Shown here in pieces: positions 49,990 through 62,879 of a stretch of 64,000 nucleotides of DNA. The notes beneath the pieces are model-generated. The model saw only the letters and a program-made list of their open reading frames with translations, had not been told where the DNA came from and did not search any database. Position 1 is the stretch's first letter; every line of letters begins with the position of its first letter. The position numbers were made by a program, and so were the translations under genes. Location: the NCBI RefSeq assembly GCF_004010195.1, contig NC_057752.1:1255036-1319035 (forward strand). Direction: 5' to 3'. Source of the stretch: Chiloscyllium plagiosum. Lineage: Eukaryota.

Positions 49990-51725
49990 AGAGTCAGAGT
50001 CACGCAGACCCTTCAGTCTCATCAGTCCATGCCGACCATAATCCCAAACTAACCGAGTCCCACCTGCCTGCTCCTAGCCCATATCCCTCCAAACCTTTCC
50101 TCTTCATGCATTTATCCAAATATCTTTTAAATGTTGTAACTGCACCTTCATCCACCACTTCCTCAGGAAGTTCATTCCACACATAGTCATAGAGTCACAA
50201 AGATGTACAGCACAGAAACAGACCCTCTGGTCCAACTCATCCATGCCAACCAGATATCCTAAATTAATCTAGTCCCATTTGCCAGCACCCGGCCCATAAC
50301 CCTCCTATTCATGTCCCCATCCAGATGCCTTTTAAATATTGTAATTGCACCAGCCTCCACCACTTCCTCTGGCAGCTCATTCCATACACATACCACCCTC
50401 TGCTTGAAAATTTTGCCCCTTAGGTCTCTTTTATATCTTTCCCCTCGCACTCTAAACCTATGCCCTCTAGTTCTGGACACCCCACCCCAGGGAAAAGACT
50501 TTGTCTATTTATCCTATCCATGCCCCTCATAATTTTGTAAACCTCTATAAGGTCACCCCTCAGCCTCCAAAGCTCCAAGGAAAACAGCCCCAGCCTGTTC
50601 AGCCTCTCCCTATAACTCAAACCCTCCAACCCTGGCAACATCCTTGTAAATCTTTTCTGAACCCTTTCAAGTTTCACAACATCTTTCCGATAGGAAGGAG
50701 ACCAGAATTGCACACAATATTCCAAAATTAAACTCCATCTGCCACTTCTCAGTCCATTGGCCCATCTGGTCCAGATCCTGTTGTAATCTGAGGTAACCTT
50801 CTTCACTGTCCACTACACCTCCAATGTTGGTGCCATCTGCAAACTTACTAACTGTATATCTTATGCTCGCATCCAAATCATTTATATAAATGGTGAAAAC
50901 TAGTGGACCTAGCACCGATCCTTGTGGCACCTCTTGTGTAAAACATTTGTCCCTCATGTCGTTTTAAAATCTCTCTCCTCTCACCTTAAAAAGTGCCCCC
51001 CAGTCTTGAAATCCCATCCTAGAGAAAAGATATTTACCATGATCTATGTCCCTCATGATTTTATAAATTTCTATCAGATCAACTCCCAACCTCCTAAACT
51101 CCAGTGAAAAAAAGGTCCTAGCCTTTCTCTCTAACTCAAACCTTCCATACTTGGCAACATCCTGGTAAATCTCTTCGGAACCCTCTCCAGCTGAATAATA
51201 TCCTTCCTATAACAGGGTGACCAGACCTGGACACAGTATTCCATTAGAGGCCTCACCACTGTCCTGTACAACCTCAACAACACGTCCCACCTCCTATACT
51301 CAAAGGACTGAGCAATAAAGGCAAGCGTGCTAAACATCTTCCTAACCACCCTGTTTAGAGGTGATGCAAACTTCAAAGAATTATGTACCTGAACCCCTAG
51401 GTCTCTCTGTTCTACAACACTATCCAGGGCTCTTACCACTAATTGTATAAGCCGTACCCTTGCTTGTTCTACCAAAATACAATACCTCATATAGAGTCAC
51501 AGAGAGGTACAGCATGGAAACAGACCCTTCAGTCCAACCTGTCCATGCCGACCAGATATCCCAACCCAATCTAGTCCCACCTGCCAGCACCCGGCCCATC
51601 TCCCTCCAAATCTTTTCTATTCGTATACCCATCCAAATGCCTTTTAAATGTTGCAATTGTACCAGCCTCCACCACTTCCTCTGGCAGCTCATTCCATACA
51701 TGTTTACCTAGATTGAACTCCATCT
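49990..51725 (-). mobile_element. Cluster of stacked or nested CR1 fragments from several subfamilies
   Basis: EVPQGSVLGPLVF...KFADGT; LEYCVQFWSP; several family tails at 49995, 50185 and 51490. Confidence 0.85.
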
Positions 51726-51920
51726 CAACTCTGCCCAGACCTACTCACAATTGTACAGCAATGTTGGCATGATCTTGGTGGGCCATAACGCCTCCTCCTA
51801 TTGCTGGGGTACACACATCTCTGTGATTCTAAGACTAACTTACTAAGTCACAGATTTAGCTCCTTGACACTGTGGATTGGGCTGAGAGAGGGAGGACCAG
51901 AGCTTATATCCAACGGTGAG

Positions 51921-52150
51921 GAGGTCACATGAGGAATGCGAGGAGGAGGAGGAGGTCACATGAGGAATGCGAGGAGGAGGAGGAGGTCACATGAGGAATG
52001 CGAGGAGGAAGAGGAGGTCACATGAGGAATGCGAGGAAGTAGAGGAGGAGGTCGAGGAGGAGGTCGAGGAGGAGGTCGAGGAGGAGGGAGGTCGAGGAGG
52101 AGGTCGAGGAGGAAGGAGGAAGGAGGAAGGAGGAAGGAGGAGGAGGAGGA
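51921..52150 (+). repeat. 4 x 31-bp tandem repeat (ggtcacatgaggaatgcgaggaggaggagga) grading into (GAG/GGA)n
   Basis: ggtcacatg starts at 51923, 51954, 51985 and 52016. Confidence 0.9.
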
Positions 52151-53502
52151 ATAATCACCTGCTTATGCAAACCTTCTTATGTGTCAGGATAGCTCAAGGT
52201 ACTTTGCATACAATGCGTGACTTTGAGATACACTGACTGTTGTAACTTAAGTCATTAAGGGAAAAATAACAAGCCCATGTTATTTCAGCAGTCTCTAGAT
52301 CCTACAGTTTGCATAACAGCTTATTGCATTTCTGAAGCGGGAGATCACAGACCAATTTATACAGAAGCTGCTGTCAAAGTGATAACCCCAGATTCCAGAG
52401 ATCTGTCCTTTGATGATTGCCTAGCCATTACTTTGCAAAGGAAACTCAGCTCCAGTGACTGCAGTGCCACGTCAAAGATGGGCTGCGAAGATATTGTTCT
52501 GTCCTTTCATATTTGACCCGTTATGTCCTCAGACGGAGTGCTGCTTTCTGTTCAAGAGAAATACACAGAGTGGGTCCCTACAAAGAACTGCAAACACAAG
52601 CTCTCACCCCCTATGGGGGTGGGGTTGGGGATGAACTCTGGTTTAAACTGTCTCATTGCTTGGGGAGGGGGGTGGGGGTGGTTGCTTGCCACGTAGAGAG
52701 AAAGACGGACTTGCATTCTGATAGCACCTTTCATTTCATCACATCCCAAGGAGATTACCAGCCATTGGCGTCCTTGCGAAGTGCTGTCACTGTTGGGATG
52801 CAGGGTGATTTGTGCATCCAGCAATGGCGTGAGTGAGTAACGTCTCATGATTGCAGCCAGGTTGATTGAAGTGTAAATAATGGCTCCCAGGACATTGGGA
52901 TTAACTCCCAAGCTCCTCATCCAACAGATCATTGGTGCCACCAACAAGAGCAAATGGCGGTGTGGTAGCCTCTCACTGGGTGAGGAATGCTCTGAGGGTG
53001 TGATCAAATCTCACCATGACAGCTTATAGAACGTTCAACTCCAGTTACTAAATCTGGAGTTGAAGTGATGGCGATTATAAAGGTACCATTCATTGTTGGA
53101 AAACACCTATCTTGTTCACTAATGTCCATAAAAGGAATGACAAAGTGGCCATTTTGGCTGTATCTCGAGGATATGCTGATGATAAAGTAACTACACAGAG
53201 CTTGGGCAGAGGGAACGCAGGCTGCTCCCAGCTGATATTCCCACCCTGGGTACACACTGCTGAACCGGACACTCAGCTCATTGGTGTTTGACTTGGCTTA
53301 GGTTCAAAACAAATGCTAGTGAATTCATAGTTTGCAGAGAGGTCCTGGTTGTTCCTGAAGCATGACGAAGGTGTCACATAAACAGAAGAGCAGGCTCTTA
53401 TGTGTGACTGCACCTCTTTCAGACCTGCACACCTTCCTGTCTCTCAGGCACATCTCATATCCCCATGCAGTCTGAACAGCTTTCACTCACTCGCTCACTT
53501 TC

Positions 53503-55945
53503 TTTTTTTTATATATAGATATTTTGATTGAAAATTTAACATGTTTTTACACATTTACAAAAGAAAAGTATTAAAAAACCCCAAGTTTAAACATTGATAT
53601 ACAGTTAAATCTTAAATAAATAATAACCAAAATCTATCAAACAAGATAAAAAAGAAATACCAAGAGAAAATAAACTCAACTAACTACTCATCTAACCTAC
53701 AACTAACCAGAGGGTATGATTAAAACTCTTACACTATTCAAGAGAAAAAAAAAACCCAATTGGTAACATAGAAATTGAGTATTGATATACATGCTCGGAC
53801 TGTGTTAACATCAGATCACAACAAAACCCGTATTCGTGCAGGATTCCTCTCCTAAGGGACCCCGGACCAGCCAGGTTCACCCTCTCAATTAAACAAAGGC
53901 CCTTGTTAGGATAACTGAGATATCTGTATTTGTGTAATTCAAGAAGGGCTGCCATATTTTCTGGAGTAATTCGTTTTTTCTCTCAGTGCACCATATTTGT
54001 AAGGAAGTCAGGGGGAGTATATCCCATAATTATTCTGTGCCAACTCGAAAGTCCATGAGGGCCCTCAGCCACCCAGTTTACCAAAATGTTTTTCCTTGCA
54101 CAGAAAGAGAGAATCTCTTCCCTGTCATAATTTCAGGTGTTCTTTAATCAATAAATGTGTCTCCTATAGGAGAGCTATATCGATCCTTTCTTTCTTGGGA
54201 TTTGATAATATTCTCCTTCTTTTGATTGGTGAATTACTCCCCATGACATTCCAGGTGCACCATTTAATCAACCCGATCACCCATAATCACTGGGCAAGTC
54301 CAAGACCCCCCGGCAGAAGAAACCCTATCCAAAACATCCCGAGCATAGAGCATATAAAACTCACAAAAATAAAAGCTCTTTAATACATTCAGATCAATAT
54401 AATATAAAACTATTTCTAAATAAAAAAATATAAAACGCATTTAAACAGAGATCTTCCCCCTTATTCCCAGGGGGCATCACTTCCTTTCCAAAAAACCCAT
54501 CATAACCTCTCCCAACCAGTGCCCCACCCTTGGCCCAGGCACCCCACGATAGGATAAAGAAAATTCAAGTATACTACTGAGCTAGAACTAACAGGGAGTA
54601 CCCTATCCCCCACCCACACCAACACCTGGGTATATTTGGTAATATTAATACCATATATGAACATATGACTATAAAATTACAGTCTCAGCAAATAATAATT
54701 AAATATAGCAATACAAAATAACAGGGGAAAACAACCCCGCTCCTAAGGACAAAGATAAAATAGGATAAGGTAACCACCTTCCCCCCATCTACATTAACTA
54801 GACCCCCTGGCCTATATATAAAAAAAAGGGGGAGAAAACCGCTAAGTGAAGAATAAATAAATAAACCCATCTTCCCACCCCCCGGAGATAATATTAAATA
54901 GTAAGTTAATGAAAGGAAACAAAAAAAGGGGGTACACCGGGGTGGGGGGAGGGCAAAACAACATCAATTAACTCTTATAAATTTATCTAAGAGAGTCCAA
55001 AAGTTCCTTGGCCTTCTCCGGTGATCCGAAGTTATACACGGACCCTTCATGGCTGAAGCGTAGTGTAGCTTGGTAGCGCAAGGAGTACTGAATGTTTAAG
55101 TCCCTTAAACGCCTCTTCGCTTCATCAAATGCCTTCCTCTTTCGGACTAAAGCTAGGAAAAAGTCCTGAAATAACATAATCTTGGATCCTTTATAAATCA
55201 CGGCTTGGGGATCTTTCCCAAGATTTCTGGAAGCTTCCAAGAGCATCTGCCTCTCCTTGTAGCTCTGCAGCCAGAACAGGACCGGGCGGGGACGCTGGTT
55301 CGAGCTGGGCCTGCGTATTGCGACCCGGTAGGACCATTCCACCCTTACCTGGCCTGATCCAGCCTCCAGATTTAAAAGCTGTGGAAGCTACTGCTTGAGG
55401 AACACTAAGCTGGTCTTCCTCTTCCCGTTCGGGAAGGCCCAGCAAACAAATATTGTTTCAACAGCCTCGAGAATCGAGGTCGTCAGTGTGATTCTCTAAG
55501 GTCCGGACTTGCTGTTCAAGAGTCCGGACCCGATCCACGGCCGATTCTGCTATGATCTCAGAGGACGTGGCCTTTAGCTCTGCCCCTCCGACTCAGCGCT
55601 CAATTTCTTCGATGTCTCAGCCTTGCTTTTGTAGCGCGGCCGAGAGAGAGTCCCATCGGCTTTGGGACTCTTCAATGAAAGCATCGATCTTCGCATCGAG
55701 TTTAGAGATGATTTCCACAAGGCTCGTCGCTGTAGGTACGTCCCCCGGGGCGGCTGTGGACACCTCTGCTGCAGCTGGGGAGGGGTTCCTGCCTGCTGAG
55801 AACTGCGGGCTCCTTTCCCCCTAGTCATTTTTATAGGAGACTAGACTGTTTAAATTTAAAACTATTTTAAATGATTTGGTGAGTGTGGTGGAGGTGGGTG
55901 GCCCACTTTGCCCAGGTCTTGGGAGGAGCACTATAGACACAGACG
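53503..55945 (-). mobile_element. L1-clade element: ORF1 (55828-54983, frameshifted), spacer, ORF2 reduced to its N- and C-termini, 3'UTR and poly(A)
   Basis: ORF1 GLPE...RPRPVL...IMLFQDF-LALVRKRKAFDEAKRRL...YSLRY-ATLRF; ORF2 start WNVMGSNSPIKRRRI...DIALL*ETHL; ORF2 end ARKNILVNW...KIWQPFLNY. Confidence 0.88.
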
Positions 55946-56574
55946 TAAAACAAAGGCAGAAGAACAAAGAAAAAACAGTTCCCAACTTAACAAGAAGGGC
56001 TGTAAAGTGGTCCGCCATGGGCCTGGGGGCCAGGCGTGCGCCCCCTTCACTGTGCCACTGCTGTGGAACAAAAGTTGCCACTCTTTGGCACCATCTTACC
56101 TCCACTGATACTGTCGCCACTAAGTCCTCACTGGACTATGCCAATGCAGATGCCACCGTTGCTGCCAGGTACATGATACTCTATGCCACTTTGGGCCTAC
56201 CTTGTCAATGCAGCCACTGGCAAAGGACCAGGGATCATTGCACAAAGGTTAGAGGTCAGCAGTTCCTTCACTTCCCAGAGAATGGCGGACTGAGGAAGCT
56301 GGCTGTCACCATGACTATTTCATCACATGCAGTTCCTGGCTAGGGTGGAGATAATTGGATATAAAAGATGGGTGGAACAATAAATAAGATAAATTTGTGG
56401 TCAGTTCTTCTGTCCTCAAGATTTCGATTACTCAAGTGGGTGGAGTGGAATTTTCTCAATGAAGCAAGTGTATCCCATCACATTCTTGACTTGGGCCTTG
56501 TTGATGGTGGACAGGCTTAAGGGAGGCTGCAGGATTCCCAGCCTCTGACCTGCTCTCGCAGCCACATAGCGAAA

Positions 56575-56710
56575 AAAACCAAAAGAACGGCGGATGCGGG
56601 AAATCAGAAACAACAGAAATTGCTGAAGAAACTCAGCAGGTCTGGCAGCATCTGTGGAGAGAAAGCAAAGTTAACGTTTCAGGTCCAGTGACCTTTCCTC
56701 AAAACTGATG
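56575..56710 (-). mobile_element. Penelope-type terminal repeat (third family), mutated hammerhead core
   Basis: Minus strand TTGAGGA-AGGTC-ACTG-GACCT-GAAACGTTA; same family at 29180-29297 and 61445-61580. Confidence 0.6.
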
Positions 56711-57224
56711 GTCGCTGGGAAAAGTTTGGTACATATGCAGAAGATCAGCTGGGGAATAAACAAGAGGCGGAGATAGAGCCCAAAGAGAGAGGAGGCAGGC
56801 AGACAAAGGAGTGGGTAAAGGTCAGTCTGGGGGCTATTAGTGGCTGACAATGGTTTATGTTTAGTAGTAGCCCATGTGATGACAAGGTCTGCTGTGTGGG
56901 GGTGGGGCCTGAGACAGATGTTGGCCAGGGAACAAGGTGGGGTGTTGAAGGGGCAGGTAACTGGAAGCTCAGGGCCTGTTTTTCAGGCAGAGTTCCACAA
57001 AATGGTCACCGAGTCCGCACTACAGCAGATCACCACATTGATATGGTGAGTCCAGTTCAGTTTCTGGTCAATGCTAACCCCCAGGATGTTGATAGTTGGT
57101 TTTGGGGGAGGGTCTTCCATGATGGTAGTGCCATTGAATATCAAGGAGAGATGGTACAGAGATGGCCATTGCCTGACACTTACAGACTGCGAATATTACT
57201 TGTCAGGATTAGAGGGGTGCTGGA

Positions 57225-57772
57225 AAAGGGCTTATGCCCGAAACGTCGATTCTCCTGTTCCCTGGATGCTGCCTGACCTGCTGCGCTTTTCCAGCAACAC
57301 ATTTTCAGCTGCTGGAAAAGCACAGGTCAGGCAGCATCCAAGGAGCAGGAAAATCGAGGTATCAGGCTCTCCATGACTACCTGGTCAGGTCCACACCCCC
57401 CAACAACCCACCCTTCCGTCCTGGCACCTTCCCCTGCCACTGCAGGAATTGCAAAGCCTGCGCCCACACCTCCTCCCTCACCTCCATCCAAGGCCCCAAA
57501 GGAGCCTTCCACATCCAAAGTTTCACCTGCACTTCCACACGTCATTTACTGTATCCGTTGCTCCTGATGCGGTTTCCTCTACAGTGGGGAGACCGGACAC
57601 CTTCTCGCAGAGCACTTCAGAGTACATCTCCGGGACACCCACACCAATCAACCCCACCGCTCTGTGGCCAAACATTTCAACTCCCTCTCCCATTCTGACG
57701 AGGACATGCAGGTCCTGGGCCTCCTCCACCGCCACTCCCTCACCACCCGACGCCTGGAGGAAGAATGCCTCA
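57225..57772 (+). mobile_element. Penelope-like element fragment: inverted terminal repeats followed by a Cys-rich linker and GIY-YIG endonuclease
   Basis: PGTFPCHCRNCKACAH...FTCTST/HVIYCIRCS*CGFLYSGET...HLRD...VAKHFN. Confidence 0.85.
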
Positions 57773-58954
57773 GCCTCTGAAGATCTCTACCCTTGGGAGG
57801 GGTGTCTCTGTTCCGCGATCGGTCAAATAATCAACGGGAATGCAGACTGCTTCGGCAAGATTTCACAGTTTATTTCGACACTGGGCACAGGTTTGTCCAG
57901 CAACACAGACGTTAACAGCTTCTTTGGAGAAGCTGCAACTTCACTTGGAACAAAGGCAAGTTTTATATGTTTCTTAAGGAATAGTACAGCCTTAATTGCA
58001 GAGTAAATCCAATAAAGTGTAATAAAAATGACATTAGACAGCAGGTTAATCCAATGATATTTCCTGGGAAACAAAGTTGTTTACCACCTATTATCTCTCC
58101 GCACCTGCATTTCAAGGTTTACTGGGATAGTTAGTAATATCCTATCTAGCTTAGTTAATTCCATACTGGGAAGGCTCCAATGTCTGCTTTATCTTTTGAT
58201 TCAGTTAGCTCAGCAAGGCAGGAATGCAGCTTTAAGCAGGGTGAGAAGCCATTTTAAACAGTGTTAATTTACAGCCTGGAGCCATTTTTTTATGTTACCT
58301 TGCATTGAGAAGCCATTTTGCGGTTAATAAAAGCATGCACAAAATGGTCACTCCTGACAACAGCCTAAATCCAGATTTTAGATCCTCAGCTAGAGACCCT
58401 CCAACCCCATGGTATCAATGTGGACTTCACCATTTTCCTCATTTCCCCTCCCCCCACCTCACCCCAGTTCCAACCTGACCTACTGTGCTTTTCCAGCACC
58501 ACTCTAATCTTGACTCTAATCTCCAGCATCTGCGATCCCACTTCTGCCTACATTACTTGTCAGCCCAAGCCTGGATATTGCCTAGACCTTGTTGCATTTG
58601 GACATGAGCTGCTTCAGTATCTGAGTCATTAATGATGCTGAACATTGTTCACCGAAGATATTGTACATGCTCACTTCTGACCTTATGATGGAGGGAAGGT
58701 CATTGAAGCAGCTGAAGATAATTGGACTATTATACATTTCTGACGAGCTGGAAGTTTAGAGGTGGTCATGGGCTGCTTGAGAACCGCTCTCTAATGCGCT
58801 GAGTTCATCTGCAATGTCTTCTTATATAGTGGACGGGTCTGCCAATACTCATTGTTTGCACAGGAACAGGTGGTGTCCATTCAGCCCCTTGAGCCTGCTC
58901 AGCCAATCAACAAGACCATGGCTGCTCTGTGACCTGACTCCACATCAACAATGA

Positions 58955-59225
58955 CAGTTTTGAGAAGATTTGTAGCTCAGGTTGAGGTTCTGGTTGTAGG
59001 TTTGCTCGCTGAGCTGGAAGGTTCATTTCCAGATGTTTCGTCACCATACTAGGTAACATACTAGTGGGCCTCTGGGCAAAGCACTGCTGATGATTCCTGC
59101 TTTCTATTTATATGTTTGGGTTTCTTCGGGTTGGTGATGTCATTTCCTGTTCTTTTTCTCAGGGTGTGGTAGATAGGGTCTAACTCTATGTGTTTGTTGA
59201 TAGAGTTCCAATTGGAATGCCATGC
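58955..59225 (-). mobile_element. Penelope 3' terminal repeat (same family as 25440)
   Basis: gtaggtttgctcgctgagctggaaggttcattt-cagatgtttc-tcacc-tactaggtaaca is shared with 25445-25506. Confidence 0.8.
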
Positions 59226-60174
59226 TGCATTGGCACCGAATTACTGTATTGGTAAGGGAAAGTAATGTCTGTGGCACTGTCATCATGCAGGAATTGGCAC
59301 CTTAAGTACAAGAGGGGAGAAAGCGTGTTATTTGCAACAAGGGAGAGCAGAAGAGGTGTGGGGGAAGAACAAGAATATCCCCATCAAAACTGTCTCTTAT
59401 AGGTGTCTCATTGCTGGCTACTTAATGCAGTCCATGATCTGAACCACTGATGTACGATAATACCAGTATAGGCACGACGGACTGAATAGACTCCTCGAAA
59501 CCCAGTGGGATTGATTGTGACAGTTCTCCAGAGTGCGCAGGCAGACAGAATGTAGCAACCATACTCCCAGTTACATGTTGCATGATGTGCCATTCAGTAC
59601 TTTACTCCTAACACGATTTCCTTCTACTTGCAGGAACATTGCTATAAACCTTCCCTCGAAGCCACAGGAACACCAGCATCACTGATCTGCCTCAATGTCT
59701 ATTTCTCATCGCACTCTCTCAACAACGCCCTCGATTCCTTTCTGCTCTGTGTGTTTATCTCACCTCCACTTGAGTACATCTGTCCTATTCACCTCAGCCC
59801 ACTCAGTGCCATTGATTTCAGTCACTTACAGCACCGATTGAGGCCATTCGCTCCATCCTATCCTTCCTGGCTCTCTGAAGAGGGATCCAGTCAGTCTTAA
59901 TTCCCCCACCATAGTGCTGGTGTAGTGGAGGAGACCACATGGGATAGAATCACACCACAACAAATTTTAATGGAACAAAAGTCTGAAATTGAAAACTAGT
60001 CTCAGTGATGGTGTCCATGATAAGTACCATCAATGATTATATAAAACCTACCTGGTTCACTCATGTCCTTTCAGGAGGGAAATCTGCCATCCTTACCTGG
60101 TCTGGCCTACACGTGACTCCAGTCACGCAGAAAGGTGGCTGACTCTTAACTGTCCTCTGAAATGGTTGAGCCAG

Positions 60175-61065
60175 AGTCTTACAGCACGGAAACAGCTCTT
60201 TTGGTCCAACACGTCCATACTGACCAGATATCCTAAACTAACCGAGTCCCATTTGCCAGCATTTAGCCTATATCCCTCCAAACCCATCCTATTCATATAC
60301 CCATCCAGATACCTTTTAAATGCTGTCGTTATACCAGCCTCCACCGCTTCCTCCGGCAGCTCAGTCCATACACGCACCACCTTCTGCGTGAAACTGTTGC
60401 CCCTTGGGTCCCTTTTATATCTTTCCCCCCTCATCCTAAACCTATGCCCTCTCGTTCTGGACTCCCCCCACCCCAGGGGGAAAAGACCTTGTCATTTTAC
60501 CTTATCCATGCCCCTCATGATTTTATAAACCTCTATAAGGTCACCCCTTAGCCTCCAACGCTCCAGGGAAAACAGCCCCCAGTCTGTTCAGCCTCTCCCT
60601 ATAGCTCAGTCCCTCCAACCCTGGCAACATCCTTGTAAACCTTTTCTGAACCCTTTCAAGTTTTCCCTGGAGCATTTGGAGGCTGAGGGGTGACCTTAAA
60701 GAGGTTTGTAAAATCATGAGGGGCATGGATAGGATAAATAGATAAAGTCTTTTTCCTGGGGTGGGGGAGTCCAGAACTAGAGGGCATAGGTTTAGGGTGA
60801 GAGGGGAAAGATATAAAAGAGACCCAAGGGGGAACCTCCTCACACAGAGGGTGGTACGTGTATGGAATGAGCTGCCAGAGGAAGTGGTGGAGGCTGGTAC
60901 AATTGCAACATTTAAAAGGCATGTGGATGGTTATATGAATAGGAAGGGTTTGGAGGGATATGGGCTGGGTGCTGGCAGGTGGGACTAGATTGGGTTGGGA
61001 TATCTGGTCGGCATGGACGAGTTGGACCAAAGGGTCTGTTTCCATGCTGTACAGTTCTATGAGTC
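60175..61065. mobile_element. Two CR1 3' fragments joined in inverted orientation
   Basis: Minus copy 60175-60664 and plus copy 60661-61065. Confidence 0.85.
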
Positions 61066-62879
61066 TAAGTCACTCAGTTCAAGGGACAACTAGGAATGGG
61101 TGACAAGTGGTGGTTCTGTAAGTGATTCCCATGCCTCATGCAAGAATCAGGATGAAAACTCGCCCATTCTTTCCCTTCACTTCCTGAAAGTCTATTTCCC
61201 TCAGCGCCCCAACTAATTTCACGTTTTTAAAAAAAAAAATCAGCTGTCATTTCCATTTCTTGCCCATGTTGTGGGTGGTGAGGTTTTCACTGGGGCCATC
61301 TACTATGTAAAGGTATCTACCTCATATCCCTTTACATTTCACCTTAAATCTGCATCTCCTAACCCTTGTACCACTGATTAAGAGAGACGGCCTCTCTGTG
61401 TCTACCTCATCTCGACTTGTCATAGTCATGTATGTTCGAATAAAAAGGCAAAATCCTGCAGATGCTGGAAATCTGAACTAAAAACAGAAAGTGCTGGAGA
61501 AACTCAGCAGGTCTGGCAATATCAGTGGAGAGAGAAGAATTAATGTTTTGCATCTGGTAGAAGTCTTCTTCAGAACAATTTTCAGAGTCTTCAGTTAAGA
61601 GTCACAGCATTACCCCAGTTTCATTCTCCACAGATACTGCCAGACCAGCTGAGTGTCTCCATAATTCTTGGTTTTCACCTCAATCAAATCTCCCCTCTGC
61701 TCCTAGAGATACAATCCCAGCTTCTCGGACTTAATCTCCGGGTTAAAATGCCCAGAGTTATTATTGACTATCTATCTCGGAAAAATAATCTCCAGGAAGT
61801 GATTTGAGGAAATGTCCTCTCTCACAATAATGCCATCCAATCAGGAAGTATGTTCCTCTTCTTTGGAGAAAACCCCTTGCTTCCTTGCCTTGCCCAAGTG
61901 GCCACTCCTGGCTATTTGACTGGGTGAGGCATCACAGCAGAATTCCAAAAAGCCACCTCCGCTCTGGCACCACAAGCCCAAGGAAGGCATCACTGTATTG
62001 CAGACAGAGCAAGGAGCCGTGACTAGTTCTATGTCCCACCCCTCCAAACTGAGGGCTAATTGCAGCCTGACACCAGGCACACCCACCCGAGATGGAGGAG
62101 ACAGGAAGTTGGATTCACAATGAGATAATCCCAGACAAAATGTAACATGTCTCTCTCTCTGTGACTAACACACACTAATTACAGATGGAAATAAACTGCA
62201 GCAACATGCAATTTCCCAACACACTGCAGTTTTGGTCTCCTTACCTGAGGAAGGATGTTCTGGCAATGCAGGGAGTGCAGCTCGATTTCCCAGACTGATT
62301 CCTGGGAATAACAGGATTAATGTATGAAGAGAGACTACATTGATTAGGACTATATTCACTGGAGTTTGGAAAAATGGGGGAGGAGGGGAGGGGAGATTCT
62401 CAGAAACCAATAAAACTCGACAGGACTAGACAGGGTAAAAACAGAAAGGATGGACCGGGGAGTCCAGAACCAGGAGGTCACAGGCTAAGGATACTGGATA
62501 GACCATTTCACACTGAGATCAGGAGAAATGGCTTCACCCAGAGACTGGGGAGCCTGTGGAATTCTCTCTCACCAAAATCAATTGAGGCTAAAACGCTGAA
62601 TGTTTTCAAGGAGGCATTTGGTACTGTTATAGAGTCATAGAAATGTACAGCATTGAAGACAGAGATTCCTGCAATACAGTATTGGCCGTCTTTCCTACCA
62701 GTGGCAGTGCTTACTGTGTCAACACTTCCCCCTGCTACGTTTTGGTCCCTGTACTTCCCAGACTGTTACCCAGGACTGGGGAAATCCTACCAATTCACTC
62801 AATTTCTCTCTCCACAATGTTGCCAGGCCAACTGTCTCTTTCCAGAATTTTCTACCTTTCAGATTTCCAGCAAAAGCAG

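Noticed and set aside
51967..52236. Glu/Gly/Arg-rich ORF
   Set aside because: Translation of a GAG/GGA simple repeat with no splice or homology support.
57780..58006. Open frame continuing past the Penelope fragment (EDLYPWEGCLC...)
   Set aside because: No recognisable homology or clear splice sites; probably a chance ORF in unique non-coding DNA.
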